Of a stretch of DNA of 64,000 bases, positions 46,386 through 57,850 are shown piece after piece. The stretch is from Caecitellus pseudoparvulus (Eukaryota > Protista > Bigyra: Bicosoecida). Every line of letters begins with the position of its first letter. Position 1 is the stretch's first letter. A model generated the notes under the pieces. That model ran no database searches. It saw nothing but the letters and a program-made list of their open reading frames with translations, and was not told where the DNA came from. Made by a program: the position numbers and the translations under genes. Where the stretch lies: contig CBFFRQ010000043.1 of assembly GCA_965644315.1 (NCBI GenBank), positions 708,378 to 772,377 on the forward strand, given 5' to 3'.

Positions 46386-49300
46386 ATGTTTGGTGGCGGA
46401 AAGCTCAAGGCAGAGAACAAGGAGCTGCTTGAGCGTCTGTCAGCCATTACCACTGAGTATGCACACACTAGTTCCCGTCTGAAGGAGGTGGAGGAGGAGC
46501 TGGCACGGAGCGGAGATGCCGCTGCTCTCGCCGGACTGCGAGCTCAGCTGCAAGCGAGTGAAGAGACCAAGTCCCGCCTCGAGCGGGAGCTTGCATCCCA
46601 GCGACTGGCAAGCTCAAGGCTCAGAGACGAACTCGAAGAGCTGCGAGCCAAGTACGAACCCGAGTCAGGGCACGCTGGTGCGGTGCAGGAGGAGGCTCCG
46701 CCGCCTGGCGCGGCAGCACCTCCACTTGTCGAGTCCAAGGCGCAGGCTGCGGTGCTGCTGCAGCGGTGCACGGCGTTGCCGTACGGCGTGGACAGTCCCT
46801 CTGCCGTGCTTCAGGAGAACTACGCAGATGCCCGCCTGCGCGACCTGAGCGACTACTGCGGCGAGATGTCCAAGCTGCTGGCAGCCTTCACTGAGGCCGG
46901 CAAGTCCTTTGCGACCGCTGGCACCGCCCTGGCAGCTGCGCTGGACAAAGCCAAGTACCAGCGGTGGGCGTCAGGCATCACTCCTCTGTGCGAGGCGCTC
47001 ACACTGTTCGGCCGCATCGTGTCGGAGCAGGCCACGTACTTGGAGGTGTTCATGCTGTCAGTGGACAGCGGCTTGGCGGCAGGACTTGCGCAGCTGCAGC
47101 GGGGAGAGCTGGCGCCGGTGCGTGCGTTGAAGGCGAAGGTGGCTTCTGCCAGGGCGGAGGCGGACACTGCCCTGGCCCGGGTCCTGGGCGTGAAGCGCAC
47201 GTCTGAAGAAGTGGCGGCCCACAATGCCACGCTGGCAGGCAAGGCAGCACCGGGGTCGGCTGCTGCGGCGCCAGGCGCAGCGAACTTGACTGCCCGCGTG
47301 AACGCTGCAGTGACGGCCGTCAAACGCTTTGAGTCGACCCGGTTCGAGTTCGCACGCCGCGTGAACGAAGTGGAGGTGTCCAAACGCGTGCTCATCATGC
47401 AGAACGTGTGCTCGTGCCTGTACGCTTCTCGAGCGTACTTCTCCCACTGTGCCGACATCGTGGCTGGGTCTGAGGCCACCATGCGGGACCTGCAAGGCAT
47501 TGCCGCTGACGGCGCCGTGCGGGCGCGGCAGCGTGAGGAAGACTGGCGCCGTATCCACAGTGTCCTGTCCTCCGCCATCGCTCGGGCCAGGGCCGGCATG
47601 CCCGGCGGCGAGCTGGGCATGGGCGTCGTGCGCCCAGCCGGCAGTGCTGGCCCAGGAGCGGAGGACGGCGACCCCCACCACCCATTGGACGTCGTGGCAG
47701 CGGCAGTGCAGGAGGCCATAGCGTCAGTGGGGCAGGTGGAGGCAGGCGTGGCAGCAGAGCTGTCTGCTGTACGTGAGTCAGCTGGCAGTGGGGGGGACGC
47801 AGAGCACCACCCAGTCATTGCAGCAGCCCTGGCCGCAGAGTCTCCCCACGCTGCCTTTGCAGGCGCAGGTGCCTCAGCGTCGACGTCTGTGGACGAGGGC
47901 AGCTCCGGTGCACTGGGCAAGGCGGGTGGGGAGCTGCATGCTGGGTACCTGTGGAAGAAGAGCACTAACTTGAGGCGGGAGTGGCAGAAGCGCTGGTTCA
48001 GCATTCGCGCAGGGAAGCTGTTCTACGTGCGAGGGCCGGAGGACATGTCCCCGCAGCTCGTCACACCGTTAGTGGTGGCCAGCACCAAGCAGATCACGGC
48101 GTGTGCCGCCCGGGCAGGCGGCGAGCTGAACGGCCTGGGAGTGTCGGCGTCCACTGCGGGGGCTTCTGCGTCCACTGGCCCACTCGCGGGCATTGCACCT
48201 GCAGCGCCAGCCCGTGCAGTGAGCGAGGAGGGGGATGCCAGTGTGCGGGCGTACGTGTTTGAGGTCCGCTCGCCCCAGCAACGCCCGTACGAGTTGCAAG
48301 CAGCGACACTGGCCCAGCAGGATGCTTGGATTGCCGCCTTGCGTGGCGCAGGGGAGGATGAGCTCGTTATGCACCGCCGACGCAAGAGTGCCGTTGGCAT
48401 GTTGCCCCAGCCAGCCACGCTGGGCGGCTCGGGCGGCAGCGGGGGCGACTCTGCCGCCTGCATCGGCTCCATGGCGCACGACCCCATCATGCGCCAGCTG
48501 CAGCAGGCGGCAGAGCTCGATAACACTGCCTGTGTGGACTGCGCTGCGCCCACTCCTGACTGGTGCAGCATCAACACTGGCGCACTCCTCTGCGTGCGCT
48601 GCGCAGGCGTGCACCGTGCGCTTGGAGTGCACGTGTCCAAGGTGCGCTCTGTGACTCTGGATCGGTGGACTGCAGTGAATGTGGCGATGGTAGCCTGCCT
48701 CGGCAACGCAGTTGTGAACAAACTCTGGTGCAGTGCTGGAGATGCGGGAACGAAGCCCTGCCTGGACTCAGACAGGGCCGCAAGGGAGCAGTACATTCGA
48801 CGCAAGTGGGCTGAGCGGGACTTTGCTCTGCAACCTCAGCTGCTACCAAGCTTCATGCCTTGTGCGTCGTCTCTTTCCTTGCACTTGCCCGCAGATGCAG
48901 AACCACAGGCAGTGTCCACAGCCTGGCTCTTCACGGCATCAGCGGCAGGGGACGTGCAAGGCGTCCTCGCTGCTCTGGCAGCAGGCGGCTCCACCAGCGC
49001 CACCTGGGGGGACCCAGGGCTCCCGGACAGCGTCCCCACAAAGCAAGGAACTTCCACTTCACCTGCATTGGAGGGGTTGTGGCAGTGGCGGCCAGCCGAG
49101 GCGGATGCTGTGCTCATGCCAACTGCCTTCCTGCCTGGGCGAACTCCCCTGCACCTGGCAGCATGGTGTGGCTGCCCCGTCGTCATTGAGCTGTTGCTGC
49201 AGAACGGGGCAGCTCTTCGAGCAGCTGACGGAAACGGCATGACGGCGCTGGATGTGGCCGCCAGCCGGCTTGCAGAGAGCGGCGAGGAGCCGGCGATTTC

Positions 49301-49529
49301 ACCAACGCAGACGCCGCTCCCTGCAGCAGACTCGTTGCAGGAACTTGTGCAGCAGTACTCAGTGCTGGGGCTCTTTTCTGCATGCATCGAAGTGTTTGCA
49401 CAACGGGGACTAGTCCTGCCAACCCCCCCTGGAGCGCAGCCGGGCCCCCCTGAGGAAGGCGCTGGGGAAGGTTCTTCCGTCGGAGAAACAGGTAGCGTTT
49501 CTTCTCAGCAAGCCGCGGACGAAGCATGA
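46386..49529 (+). CDS. ACAP/AGD-type ArfGAP (BAR-PH-ArfGAP-ankyrin)
   Basis: BAR helices; PH AGYLWKKS...WQKRWFSI; ArfGAP CVDCAAPTPDWCSINTGALLCVRCAGVHRALGVHVSKVRSVTLD; ankyrin GRTPLHLA. Confidence 0.93.
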   Translation: MFGGGKLKAENKELLERLSAITTEYAHTSSRLKEVEEELARSGDAAALAGLRAQLQASEETKSRLERELASQRLASSRLRDELEELRAKYEPESGHAGAVQEEAPPPGAAAPPLVESKAQAAVLLQRCTALPYGVDSPSAVLQENYADARLRDLSDYCGEMSKLLAAFTEAGKSFATAGTALAAALDKAKYQRWASGITPLCEALTLFGRIVSEQATYLEVFMLSVDSGLAAGLAQLQRGELAPVRALKAKVASARAEADTALARVLGVKRTSEEVAAHNATLAGKAAPGSAAAAPGAANLTARVNAAVTAVKRFESTRFEFARRVNEVEVSKRVLIMQNVCSCLYASRAYFSHCADIVAGSEATMRDLQGIAADGAVRARQREEDWRRIHSVLSSAIARARAGMPGGELGMGVVRPAGSAGPGAEDGDPHHPLDVVAAAVQEAIASVGQVEAGVAAELSAVRESAGSGGDAEHHPVIAAALAAESPHAAFAGAGASASTSVDEGSSGALGKAGGELHAGYLWKKSTNLRREWQKRWFSIRAGKLFYVRGPEDMSPQLVTPLVVASTKQITACAARAGGELNGLGVSASTAGASASTGPLAGIAPAAPARAVSEEGDASVRAYVFEVRSPQQRPYELQAATLAQQDAWIAALRGAGEDELVMHRRRKSAVGMLPQPATLGGSGGSGGDSAACIGSMAHDPIMRQLQQAAELDNTACVDCAAPTPDWCSINTGALLCVRCAGVHRALGVHVSKVRSVTLDRWTAVNVAMVACLGNAVVNKLWCSAGDAGTKPCLDSDRAAREQYIRRKWAERDFALQPQLLPSFMPCASSLSLHLPADAEPQAVSTAWLFTASAAGDVQGVLAALAAGGSTSATWGDPGLPDSVPTKQGTSTSPALEGLWQWRPAEADAVLMPTAFLPGRTPLHLAAWCGCPVVIELLLQNGAALRAADGNGMTALDVAASRLAESGEEPAISPTQTPLPAADSLQELVQQYSVLGLFSACIEVFAQRGLVLPTPPGAQPGPPEEGAGEGSSVGETGSVSSQQAADEA

Positions 49530-49544
49530 CATGCTCCGCACACA

Positions 49545-50924
49545 TCACACTTCTGAGGGTGGGACTCTGTCAAGCTCTTCACCTCGAGACAGGAAGACGA
49601 CAATGGCTGTCACGTTGTCTGTCGTGTGCCCAGCTTCGTGCAGGGCCAGGGCGGCCTGGACCAGCGCGGCAGCGGGGTCACACCCCGCAAGAGTGGCTTC
49701 ATGCACAACGTGCACAGCTTCCGTGGCAGACATGACGTCCCAAACGCCATCACTGGCAAGGACGAGGTATTTGTCAGCAGGCTGCAGCTGCACCTGGAGA
49801 AGAGTTGGCTGGGCACTCAGCCCCCACGGCTTCAGCCCAGGTCCTCCGAGTGCCCGCGAGTAATTCAGCTGCTTTGGGCGGTGCCCGGCTTTCTGCAGTG
49901 CAGCAAAGTCTCCCCCACGAATGAAGGGCTTGCCTCCGTGGAGGTACGCAAGGCTGCCCCCCGCCGCTTCGATGCGGGCGAGCTCCTTGGGCAAGTTTGG
50001 CTTGTGATCCCTGGTCAAGAAGGTGCCTGCAACGTCGCCGTCACTCTGTCGGCCAAGCGCAATGCGAGAGTCCCCAACATGTGCCACAGTCAGCACTGGC
50101 CCAGTCAGCACTGCAAGGGCGGCAGTGGAGCTACAGTACATCTGCTTGTTGCTCACCAGCTGCTCCAGCAGTGCTTCGTCCGTCTCCTTGAATGCCTGTG
50201 TGGCGCAAGCGGGTCCATGTGCCTTCTTCGTGCGCCGTGTCCCTCACGGCATGGCGCCACTCACGCAGCCAACGGCCTCCCGCAAGGCTTTGTGCAGCGC
50301 GGCATCGGATGTCAGGCTTGCTGCTGTCGCTGTCTTGAGGAAGGTCCGCATGGGCTGCGGGCGCGCGGCACGCACAGGCTGCGGGTGGCTGGCAGTACCG
50401 CCACCGGCTCGCTGTGCGGGACGCACCTGGCTGGCTAGCATGTGTGGCAGCAGCTTGTTTCGCGCGAACTCTGACGCGGCATGGCCAACGGTGCCATCGA
50501 ACACGGCAAACGCTCCAAGGGGGACTGGCCCTGCAACAGCAGGGCAGGCAGCCATTCGGTCCTGTGGTCAGCGAGTGATAGGCTTCGTCAATCAGTTCAC
50601 AAGCTGTGCTTAGGGCACCCTGCCACATCGCTGTTCCTGTACCTCTTGTGAGGGGCGCCGTCCCTGGTGCGTGTGCATGCTGAAGCCTTTCTGGGGATTT
50701 CAGCGAGGCCGTGCGGGGTGCTGCATGCACAGCTGCCAAGCCTTCATTCCGAGCGGGGGCGTGGGAGGCTCAGCGCAGGCACTCACTCCTGCCACAGGCT
50801 CGGCGGCGCTGGTGCCAACACTGCAGGCAACCTGCTCGTCACTCAGCGACCTCTGCCGAGGCGATTCCAAGTGCATGACGGGGCCTGGCTTCCGTTCGTT
50901 GGGTTCGCTCTCCTGAGCCGCCAT
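49545..50924 (-). CDS. Protein phosphatase 2C (PPM family), spliced
   Basis: Spliced QGRRPSQE|DRM, FAVFDGTVG, VAHVGDSR, LTRDHKP, SRALG, LVLASDGVWDV, TTDNVT. Confidence 0.92.
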
Positions 50925-51417
50925 GCAGCGGCCACTTGGAACCCTTGCTGCAGTGACTCTGCCAACGCAAAAAGCGACAGAGGCGCAAGCTTGAATGGGC
51001 CTGTACAGCGGGGAGGACATCTTCGCGGGGAGGCGTGGACAGGGTGACAGATCTGTTTGGTTACATTGCCCTTTCTACGCTGCCAAATGTTTGTCTGAGT
51101 GCAGGGGGGCTGCAGGACTCGTGCAACTTCTCGAGGGACCCCCCTGCAGAAGTGTGGTGGCTCGCAGGGGCGCCTGCGCGGGTTCCTGAGCTGGCCGGGG
51201 CACGAGCAACAGCCGCACATCCAGAGCGGTAATTTTAAACCCCCCCCCACTCTGAAAACTTCTCACCTGTCGCCTCTCACTTGGAGCAGGGAGTTGCAGG
51301 AACATCTCCTTTGTAGCGATTTCCGCAGGCCAGCAGTGCCCCACAGCACCGTGTCTCGGGCGTCGATTCGTGGGGCACTCCAGGCACCCATTCGGGAACC
51401 CAACTTGAAAGTACGCC

Positions 51418-54400
51418 ATGGCTGCTGGAGGAGGGACTTCCTTGGCCAAGGCCACGGCCCTGCTCGGTGGCTCCGGGCCTGCCGTCACTTTGGCTCAGCA
51501 GGTGCAGGAATGGGCAACTTTGGAAGGCATCAGCTATGATGCGGTTGCAGATGGCGTCAGGGACACCATGTTCGCCCTGAAGAATGAGATTCAGGCGCTG
51601 CCTCCGCAGAAGGTGAGGCCTGCCCCGGCGGGCGTGTGCACTGCGTCGGGTTCCTGTTCACCAATTTCCGCTCGCCAAGCACAGGTCTCTGCGCAGTCAC
51701 TGCCGGTGGCGGGGCTGCCCCTGCTGCACCGCGGCACATCGACAGCAAGCCTGGACTTTCAGCCGCCACACCAGATTGACGTTGTGGGCTCATACATGCT
51801 GCGCACTGTCTCTCGCGCGAACGCGGCGGTGGACTTGGTGCTGGTCATGCCCCACGGCACTGTCACGGATGCTGACCGCAAGAACTTCATGGTGCACGAT
51901 AAGATGCGACTGTACCTCAGGGTTATTGCCTCAGCTCTGCAAAAGTCCGTCTCTGCTGCCTCTGTGGGCGTGGGCTTCTCCAGTGCAGACCCCACCGCTC
52001 TGCATCTGTCGCTGGCTCCAGCAGCTTGGCGCTGCGCAGAGGCACCTGCGGCCCTGAAGAAGCTGAAGGTGCACATCCATGCAGTGCCCCCTTCAGATGC
52101 TTTTCAGGTGCACCTTTTGCGGCCAGCCTGGAACAATGTCGTGCGTTGGCTGCATGTGAAGGGGACCCCCCAGCCACACACGCCTGGGTACAATTCCCAG
52201 GTTTTGGCTGGCAGCTTCTACTTCCACCACCTGCGCACCCTGCACAACACCCTCAGACAAGTCCCTTGTGCCTCTTCTCTCGTGGTGCTCCTCAAAGCTT
52301 GGCTGCGGGCGCGGGGTCTGGCGTTCCGTGTGGACGGCTTCTCCAGTCTGGCTCTGACTGCACTCGTGGCTGCCCTGGCACAGCAAGGAGTCCTGCGCCC
52401 TGAGATGACGACCTTCCAGGCCGCCCGTGCCACCCTCTTACACCTTTCGCACACCGCTTTGACGGGCAAGGTCATGAGGCTGGAGGGGCAGTGGCAGGCG
52501 TCGGCGTCCATGCCAGGCGCGCAGCACGGCAGCAGCTCAGACGACAGCGACTCAGCTTCAGACGGCGACTTCTCATCAGAAGATGAAGACGACGATGATG
52601 GGTCATCAGATGGTGACGCTTCCCTGGATGCCTCTGACTCCGACTCTGAATCAGACGAGGAGCAAGGCACGGCAGGCGTGGGTGCGGGTGCAGGGCCGGC
52701 TGAGCAGGCGCCAATCGTCGCTGACGAGCCGCCTCCGACGGACGACGAGTGGCGTGCATGCTTTCCTCTCAGCATCGTCTGTAGCAGCCAGTGGGTGAAC
52801 CTCGCATGGGGCGTCAGTGCGGCTGCCTGCCAGGAGCTGAGCCGGGCCGCTGCCCTCTCCCTGCCAGCCTTCGGCCTCGGCTCCGACCCGGCAGCCAAGC
52901 AGGTCCTGGTGAACGACCCAGAGGCCCTGGCAGCCATGGCCCACGGCGGGACAGACCGCATGGCAGGTGCTATCGCCGCCCCTGCAGCCACCGTGTCCGC
53001 GGCTTCCCCCGCCGACTCCCTTGCAGCCCTGCAGAGGGGCGCACGTGCCAGCGTGTTTGAGGCGTACGACCGCGTCGTGGCGCTGCGCCTCCCCTCTTGC
53101 CCAGTGTCGTTCCCCTTGGCAACTCCAGGGAAACCTGCAAGCAAGTCAGCACGCCGAGGTGGCCGCGGCGCCGGCAAGGCCAGTGACGGCTTCAAGGCTG
53201 CTGTGGCGCGTCTGGAGGCAGAGGGTGTCTCCCTGGCACAGGCGAGCATGTTGGTGCATGGCCCCTGGTGGCTCGGGCTGCAGCGCCGCGCCAATGAGGT
53301 GCTGCAGCGGGGCCTTGGGGACCGCGTGCATACCATGGCAGTGCTGCCTCAGTGGAACGGCGCCGTGACGGCGGGGGCAGACTTGGCCAGGGTGGGGCGC
53401 AAGGCTTCCTGCAGCGTCGCGTCATCAGCTCCCTTGGAGTGGCCTCTGCACACCCCCCCTCCCCAGCCCGAGTACCTGGTCGTGGCGCTCACCGTTCGGC
53501 CCAGATCGGCGGCTCGCCTGGTGGACCGGGGGCCAGCTGAGGCCGTGGACGCCGAGGGAGCGGCCGCCTTCACTGCGCTGTGGGGCAGCAAGGCAGAAAC
53601 CCGCCGCTTTGCAGACGGAAGCATCGTGCCTGCCGTGGTGTGGGACCCCCCTCCCTGCCAGCGAGAGGAGGTTGTGGACTGCATTGTGTCCCACCTTGCC
53701 ACCACGCACGGCTTCCAGGCGCCTCGATCACTAGAGGTAGCATCCCTACCAAGTGCGTCTGGCAGCATTGAGCGGTTCAGCCAGCCCGAGTGGGCTGCTT
53801 CGTCTGCTGCGGATGCCAAGCCGGGCACACCGGGTGCGTGGCGGGCCAGTGCTGCCGCCGCCGTGTCTGCCCTGCGTTCCGCCAGCGATGTGCTCCTGCG
53901 CGCCCTGCAGCGTGCGCCTGGCATGCCGCTGAAGGTGTCTGACTTGGATGTCATTGGGGCACAGGCCTGCATCACGGCTGCCCAGCCCATCCGGCCTCAC
54001 CCCCTCGCCCACGCGCCAAGTGGAAGCCCTGCTGGAGAGCAAGTGCCCCTGCATGCGACACCAGTGGACTGCCTGGTCAGCCTTGAGAGCAGTGCCAAGT
54101 GGCCCAAGGACCTCAGCGCCATCGCAGCGTCCAAGTGTGCGTTCCTGCTGAAGATGAAGTACGGGCTGCCCAAAGTGCTTGGGTCCAGCGTCTCAGCACA
54201 CCTTCGAGTGCCACCAGCACTGCGAGCCATCTTCGCGGATGTGACTCCTCAGGCGGCCGCGCTAGTGGGGGAGACGCCTGCCTCCTTGGCCAGCCAGCTG
54301 GCGTCTGCCGCAGAGCAGGGCTCCATGCCGGGGCTTGTGGACAGCGACGTGGAGACGTGGTGCCCTTGCCTGATCGTCATGCTAGACGGCTACGTGTTCC

Positions 54401-55755
54401 GCTTGTGGCTCAGCCTGCCACAGGAACTGGCAGCGTGGACTGCCTTGGCGCGTAAGCCAGTCACACAGGTGCTGGGCAGCACTGCCCTCGTGGCGCCTCT
54501 GGGTGGCATCTTCTCTGCAGAGGCGGCAGTCGCGTCTGGCTTCGTGAACGTGGGGCGCATCTCAGGGGAAGGAAGCAAGGGGGCGGTCTTGCCCCCCTCC
54601 CACGCAGACGACACCGAGCACCTTAGCCCCACAGCCAAGGCCTTCGTCACGCCGTCCGCTGAAGCTGCCGCCAGCCGAGCGCAGGCGCTGTACCGCCAGA
54701 GCATCTTGGCACCTCGTCACACCAAGGCAGTGACTGCCTTCGCGACGGTGTACCCGTCCTTTGCAGGGGCGGTGCGGCTGGCCGGCAAGTGGCTGGGCGC
54801 TGCAGGCATGTTACCGGCCCATGTCTCGCAGCAGGCGCTGGAGCTGACTGTCGCACATAGCATGATGGACCCCCGTCCCTTTGCCGTGCCGTGCACTTCC
54901 ACGGCTGCCTTTCTGCGCTGGCTGCGCTGGTTGGCAACGTGGGACTTCGCCAGCCAGCCCGTGCTGGTGGATTGGGACGGCTCGGCGCAGAGCTCAGACG
55001 CAGCTGCCCTTCACTCGCGCTTTGCAGCCTTGCACAGATCAGGCGGCGCTATGCCAGCTTGGTACCTGGTCACACCTTGGGAGCGGGGGCTATGGGTGCC
55101 GCAGTACACGGGCCTTGGCACGGGCGGCTCCCCTGGGCCCAGCCCCATTGTGGCCGCCCGCATCCAGGCCATGGCTAGCTCCGCCTTGCACCGCCTCGTT
55201 GGACACCTGCGCGTGCAGTGCTTGCCGTCTGTGGCAGCCCCTGCCACGCCAGGTGCCAAGCGCGGGCGGGAAGACGCCGGGGACTCAGCCACCGTCGAAG
55301 CTCCTGCTCTGCCGCCTCTGCAGGACACCCTGTTGGCTGAGCCACCTGCTGGCGATTTCAACGTTGTCGTGCGGCTGCACAGCAGCCACACTGTGGACAG
55401 TGCGGGGGTCGGCGGCAAGGCCCTAGTTGGCACTGCATTCAAGAACACCCTGGGTCCTGCCCGGCGTCGCCTGCTGCTGGACTGGTCCCCGGCGCAAGCC
55501 CTCGTCGCAGACATCCAACGGTCAGCATTGGACAGCTTTGCGTACGCCTTCCCACACCCGTCCGGGCAGGCCGTGTACTTGGCTTGGAAGCCAACCGCTT
55601 TCCCCGCCGCGCCCGCTGCCAGCTGGCGCAAGGTGTTCAAGGGCTCTGCGGGGCCCAAGCACGGCACGACAGTCGCGACGCAGCACCAGGCGCTGACTTT
55701 GCTGTGGCAACTGGGTCAAGGCGTGATCAAGAGCATCACCCTCACGCCGAACTGA
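51418..55755 (+). CDS. NOL6: Nucleolar protein 6 / Utp22 (Nrap family)
   Basis: IDVVGSY..VDLVLVMP, LLKAWLRARG, LVDRGP, LWGSKAETRRFADGSIVPAVVW, LESSAKWPKDLSAI. Confidence 0.9.
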   Translation: MAAGGGTSLAKATALLGGSGPAVTLAQQVQEWATLEGISYDAVADGVRDTMFALKNEIQALPPQKVRPAPAGVCTASGSCSPISARQAQVSAQSLPVAGLPLLHRGTSTASLDFQPPHQIDVVGSYMLRTVSRANAAVDLVLVMPHGTVTDADRKNFMVHDKMRLYLRVIASALQKSVSAASVGVGFSSADPTALHLSLAPAAWRCAEAPAALKKLKVHIHAVPPSDAFQVHLLRPAWNNVVRWLHVKGTPQPHTPGYNSQVLAGSFYFHHLRTLHNTLRQVPCASSLVVLLKAWLRARGLAFRVDGFSSLALTALVAALAQQGVLRPEMTTFQAARATLLHLSHTALTGKVMRLEGQWQASASMPGAQHGSSSDDSDSASDGDFSSEDEDDDDGSSDGDASLDASDSDSESDEEQGTAGVGAGAGPAEQAPIVADEPPPTDDEWRACFPLSIVCSSQWVNLAWGVSAAACQELSRAAALSLPAFGLGSDPAAKQVLVNDPEALAAMAHGGTDRMAGAIAAPAATVSAASPADSLAALQRGARASVFEAYDRVVALRLPSCPVSFPLATPGKPASKSARRGGRGAGKASDGFKAAVARLEAEGVSLAQASMLVHGPWWLGLQRRANEVLQRGLGDRVHTMAVLPQWNGAVTAGADLARVGRKASCSVASSAPLEWPLHTPPPQPEYLVVALTVRPRSAARLVDRGPAEAVDAEGAAAFTALWGSKAETRRFADGSIVPAVVWDPPPCQREEVVDCIVSHLATTHGFQAPRSLEVASLPSASGSIERFSQPEWAASSAADAKPGTPGAWRASAAAAVSALRSASDVLLRALQRAPGMPLKVSDLDVIGAQACITAAQPIRPHPLAHAPSGSPAGEQVPLHATPVDCLVSLESSAKWPKDLSAIAASKCAFLLKMKYGLPKVLGSSVSAHLRVPPALRAIFADVTPQAAALVGETPASLASQLASAAEQGSMPGLVDSDVETWCPCLIVMLDGYVFRLWLSLPQELAAWTALARKPVTQVLGSTALVAPLGGIFSAEAAVASGFVNVGRISGEGSKGAVLPPSHADDTEHLSPTAKAFVTPSAEAAASRAQALYRQSILAPRHTKAVTAFATVYPSFAGAVRLAGKWLGAAGMLPAHVSQQALELTVAHSMMDPRPFAVPCTSTAAFLRWLRWLATWDFASQPVLVDWDGSAQSSDAAALHSRFAALHRSGGAMPAWYLVTPWERGLWVPQYTGLGTGGSPGPSPIVAARIQAMASSALHRLVGHLRVQCLPSVAAPATPGAKRGREDAGDSATVEAPALPPLQDTLLAEPPAGDFNVVVRLHSSHTVDSAGVGGKALVGTAFKNTLGPARRRLLLDWSPAQALVADIQRSALDSFAYAFPHPSGQAVYLAWKPTAFPAAPAASWRKVFKGSAGPKHGTTVATQHQALTLLWQLGQGVIKSITLTPN

Positions 55756-55766
55756 CAATGCACACG

Positions 55767-57191
55767 CTAGTCTGCTGCGGCGTCCCCGCCTTCCCCCTCG
55801 TACGGCACAGTGTCTCCGCCGTCGCTGCCTGTGGGGCTGGCAGCTCGGGCAGCTGCAAGCAGCGCCTCCGCCCCGCTGCGCATGTCCAGCTCCAGCTCCT
55901 CTTGCACATCGCCTTGCCCATCCGGGTCTGCGCTGTCTGGGCTGCTGCTAGGCGTGAGAGGCACTGCTTGGCACACAAGGCTTGCTTGCTGGGACGTGGC
56001 AGTGTCGTCGGCGGGCACAAGTTGCTGGGGCTGCAGCGTGCTGACGTGCACCGTGGAGGGCGGGCAGTGCGCCCATACAGGCTCGAAACACTTCAACGTG
56101 GGGCCCGGCGCCCAGAAGTCTCTGAATGTCCGCTCCGTCACGTCGTCCGGCAACTCGTCTGGGTCAGGGCCGGACCAGAAGGTGCGGCCAGTGGGTGCGC
56201 CGCCCTGCACTTCAGCCCACACCCAGCCTTGCCCCGCAAAGCACCAGCCGAAGGAGGGGTGCTGCAGGGGATTCAGCCCCCTCGAGAGGCCCTGCAGGTC
56301 CCTGTGCAAGGCTGCGAGGAACTTGGTCTTCTCCTGCCGATACCAGTACCCGCCCCCCTGCACGGTGGCAGTCCACATGTTCATGCCCCCACCCCGCAGG
56401 GGGTACACACCCGTGGGCTCACGAGGAAGCTTTACCCGGGGCACGTGGCTCGCACTGTGTGCAGTGGTAGTGGTGGCTGTCTCGTCCCGCGCAGCAGCGG
56501 CAGCAGCCACCATGTCCTGGGCTCCTTCCAGCACACGCAGGGACCAGTGCAGGCACCGCGCCAGCACCATGGTCACGTGCTGGGTGTGTGTCTGCTGCCG
56601 CATGCGGGCCAGCATCTCAGTGTGCAGGCAGTGTGCCGCTTGCAGCGCCAGGGCCGTCGTGGCGTCACCTGGCTCCGCCTCCCCCTGCTCCTGCTGCAAC
56701 TTTGCTGCCGCCTCAAGCGTGGCAGCAGCCGCTGCTGAGTGGGCCACCAGCTGCTGGCGCTGGGCGGGCTGGAATGCCCCCATGGGGTCTGTGCCTTTCG
56801 ACACTACCTGGGCCATGTGCTGGATGAGCTCTCGCACCTGGGCCCGCGTGGGCAACGAAGCAGGGGAGGTGCCTCGGCGTTGCAAGACAGCTGCCGGCCC
56901 TGGCGGCAGCACATCTGCAGGCGTCTTTGTTGACGCCCCTCCCGCCACTGAGCTGGTTGCTGTCGCTGATGCAGCCACGCTACCCAGCAGCTGCAGAGCA
57001 GAAGAAGCCTGCGCCTCCTCATGGCGAGGCGCCACTGCTCTTCCAGCGCCCTGCTCCGCAGGCAAGCCGGCGTCTGCTCGGCTGCGCTTGTGGCCTCCTT
57101 GTGACGCAGCGGATGTGGTGCTGGGGCCTTTGGAAGCGACCGTCTTGGCCTTCTTCGCCGACCTCCGTGTCCGGGGCAGTTCTGTTGTCAT
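55767..57191 (-). CDS. Hypothetical protein with a possible divergent AP2-like DNA-binding domain
   Basis: NLS-like N-terminus; PTGVYPLRGGGMNMWTATVQGGGYWYRQEKTKFLAALHRD loosely fits the AP2 GV...W.A.V...T...AA..RD spacing. Confidence 0.6.
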   Translation of the reverse strand: MTTELPRTRRSAKKAKTVASKGPSTTSAASQGGHKRSRADAGLPAEQGAGRAVAPRHEEAQASSALQLLGSVAASATATSSVAGGASTKTPADVLPPGPAAVLQRRGTSPASLPTRAQVRELIQHMAQVVSKGTDPMGAFQPAQRQQLVAHSAAAAATLEAAAKLQQEQGEAEPGDATTALALQAAHCLHTEMLARMRQQTHTQHVTMVLARCLHWSLRVLEGAQDMVAAAAAARDETATTTTAHSASHVPRVKLPREPTGVYPLRGGGMNMWTATVQGGGYWYRQEKTKFLAALHRDLQGLSRGLNPLQHPSFGWCFAGQGWVWAEVQGGAPTGRTFWSGPDPDELPDDVTERTFRDFWAPGPTLKCFEPVWAHCPPSTVHVSTLQPQQLVPADDTATSQQASLVCQAVPLTPSSSPDSADPDGQGDVQEELELDMRSGAEALLAAARAASPTGSDGGDTVPYEGEGGDAAAD

Positions 57192-57850
57192 TTTTTTCTG
57201 CACGAGCAGGCGAGGAGGGGCGCTGCGGAAATTGGGTAAGCTGCTGCTCAAGGCAAGTGCACGAATGCCGGGGAAAAAGACGACTGAAACGCCTGGGAAC
57301 GGTGTCCTAAAGCAAGCCAGTCTCAAACACTAGCGGAATCAAGCCATACAAGGCCTTTGAAAGGCAAACACAATGCCCAGTCCTGGTGCCTGCAAGAGCG
57401 CCACAAACCCAGGCAACAGCTGCATTCTCCAGCACCTGCTTCAAGTGAAACTTGGAGAGTAGTGGCGAAAGAGTGAAGACGTACACTGCTTCTGCTGCCA
57501 GCTGTCGTTGTCACAGCATGGGGTTGGCGTGTTTGACGCGCAAGCAGTGTGAATCAGCCCGGAGGGGCGCTCGCCGTTGACAGGCACTTGCTCCGCACGT
57601 GCAACTCCGGCTTGAGGCGCCGAGTCCTCGTGTGCCTGGCTGCCTCCACTCCGCTTAGACACCGTGCACCTGCAACGCAAGCAAGAGGGGGACCTGAGGC
57701 TCGTTTCGGGTCGTTTGGTTTGCATTTGGTTTTTGCCTTGGGGTGCGCTTGAGCAAGGCCTGCCTGCCATGCGTCGACCCACTCCTCCTGCCCAAAGCCA
57801 AAGGAAGCTAAACGCTGTGCTCTTTCCAGCCACAGGCCATGCCTCCACTC

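Noticed and set aside
1346-51680. Numerous short introns as a possible introner family
   Set aside because: The introns I compared share only splice-site consensus, with no internal similarity, TIRs or TSDs evident by eye.
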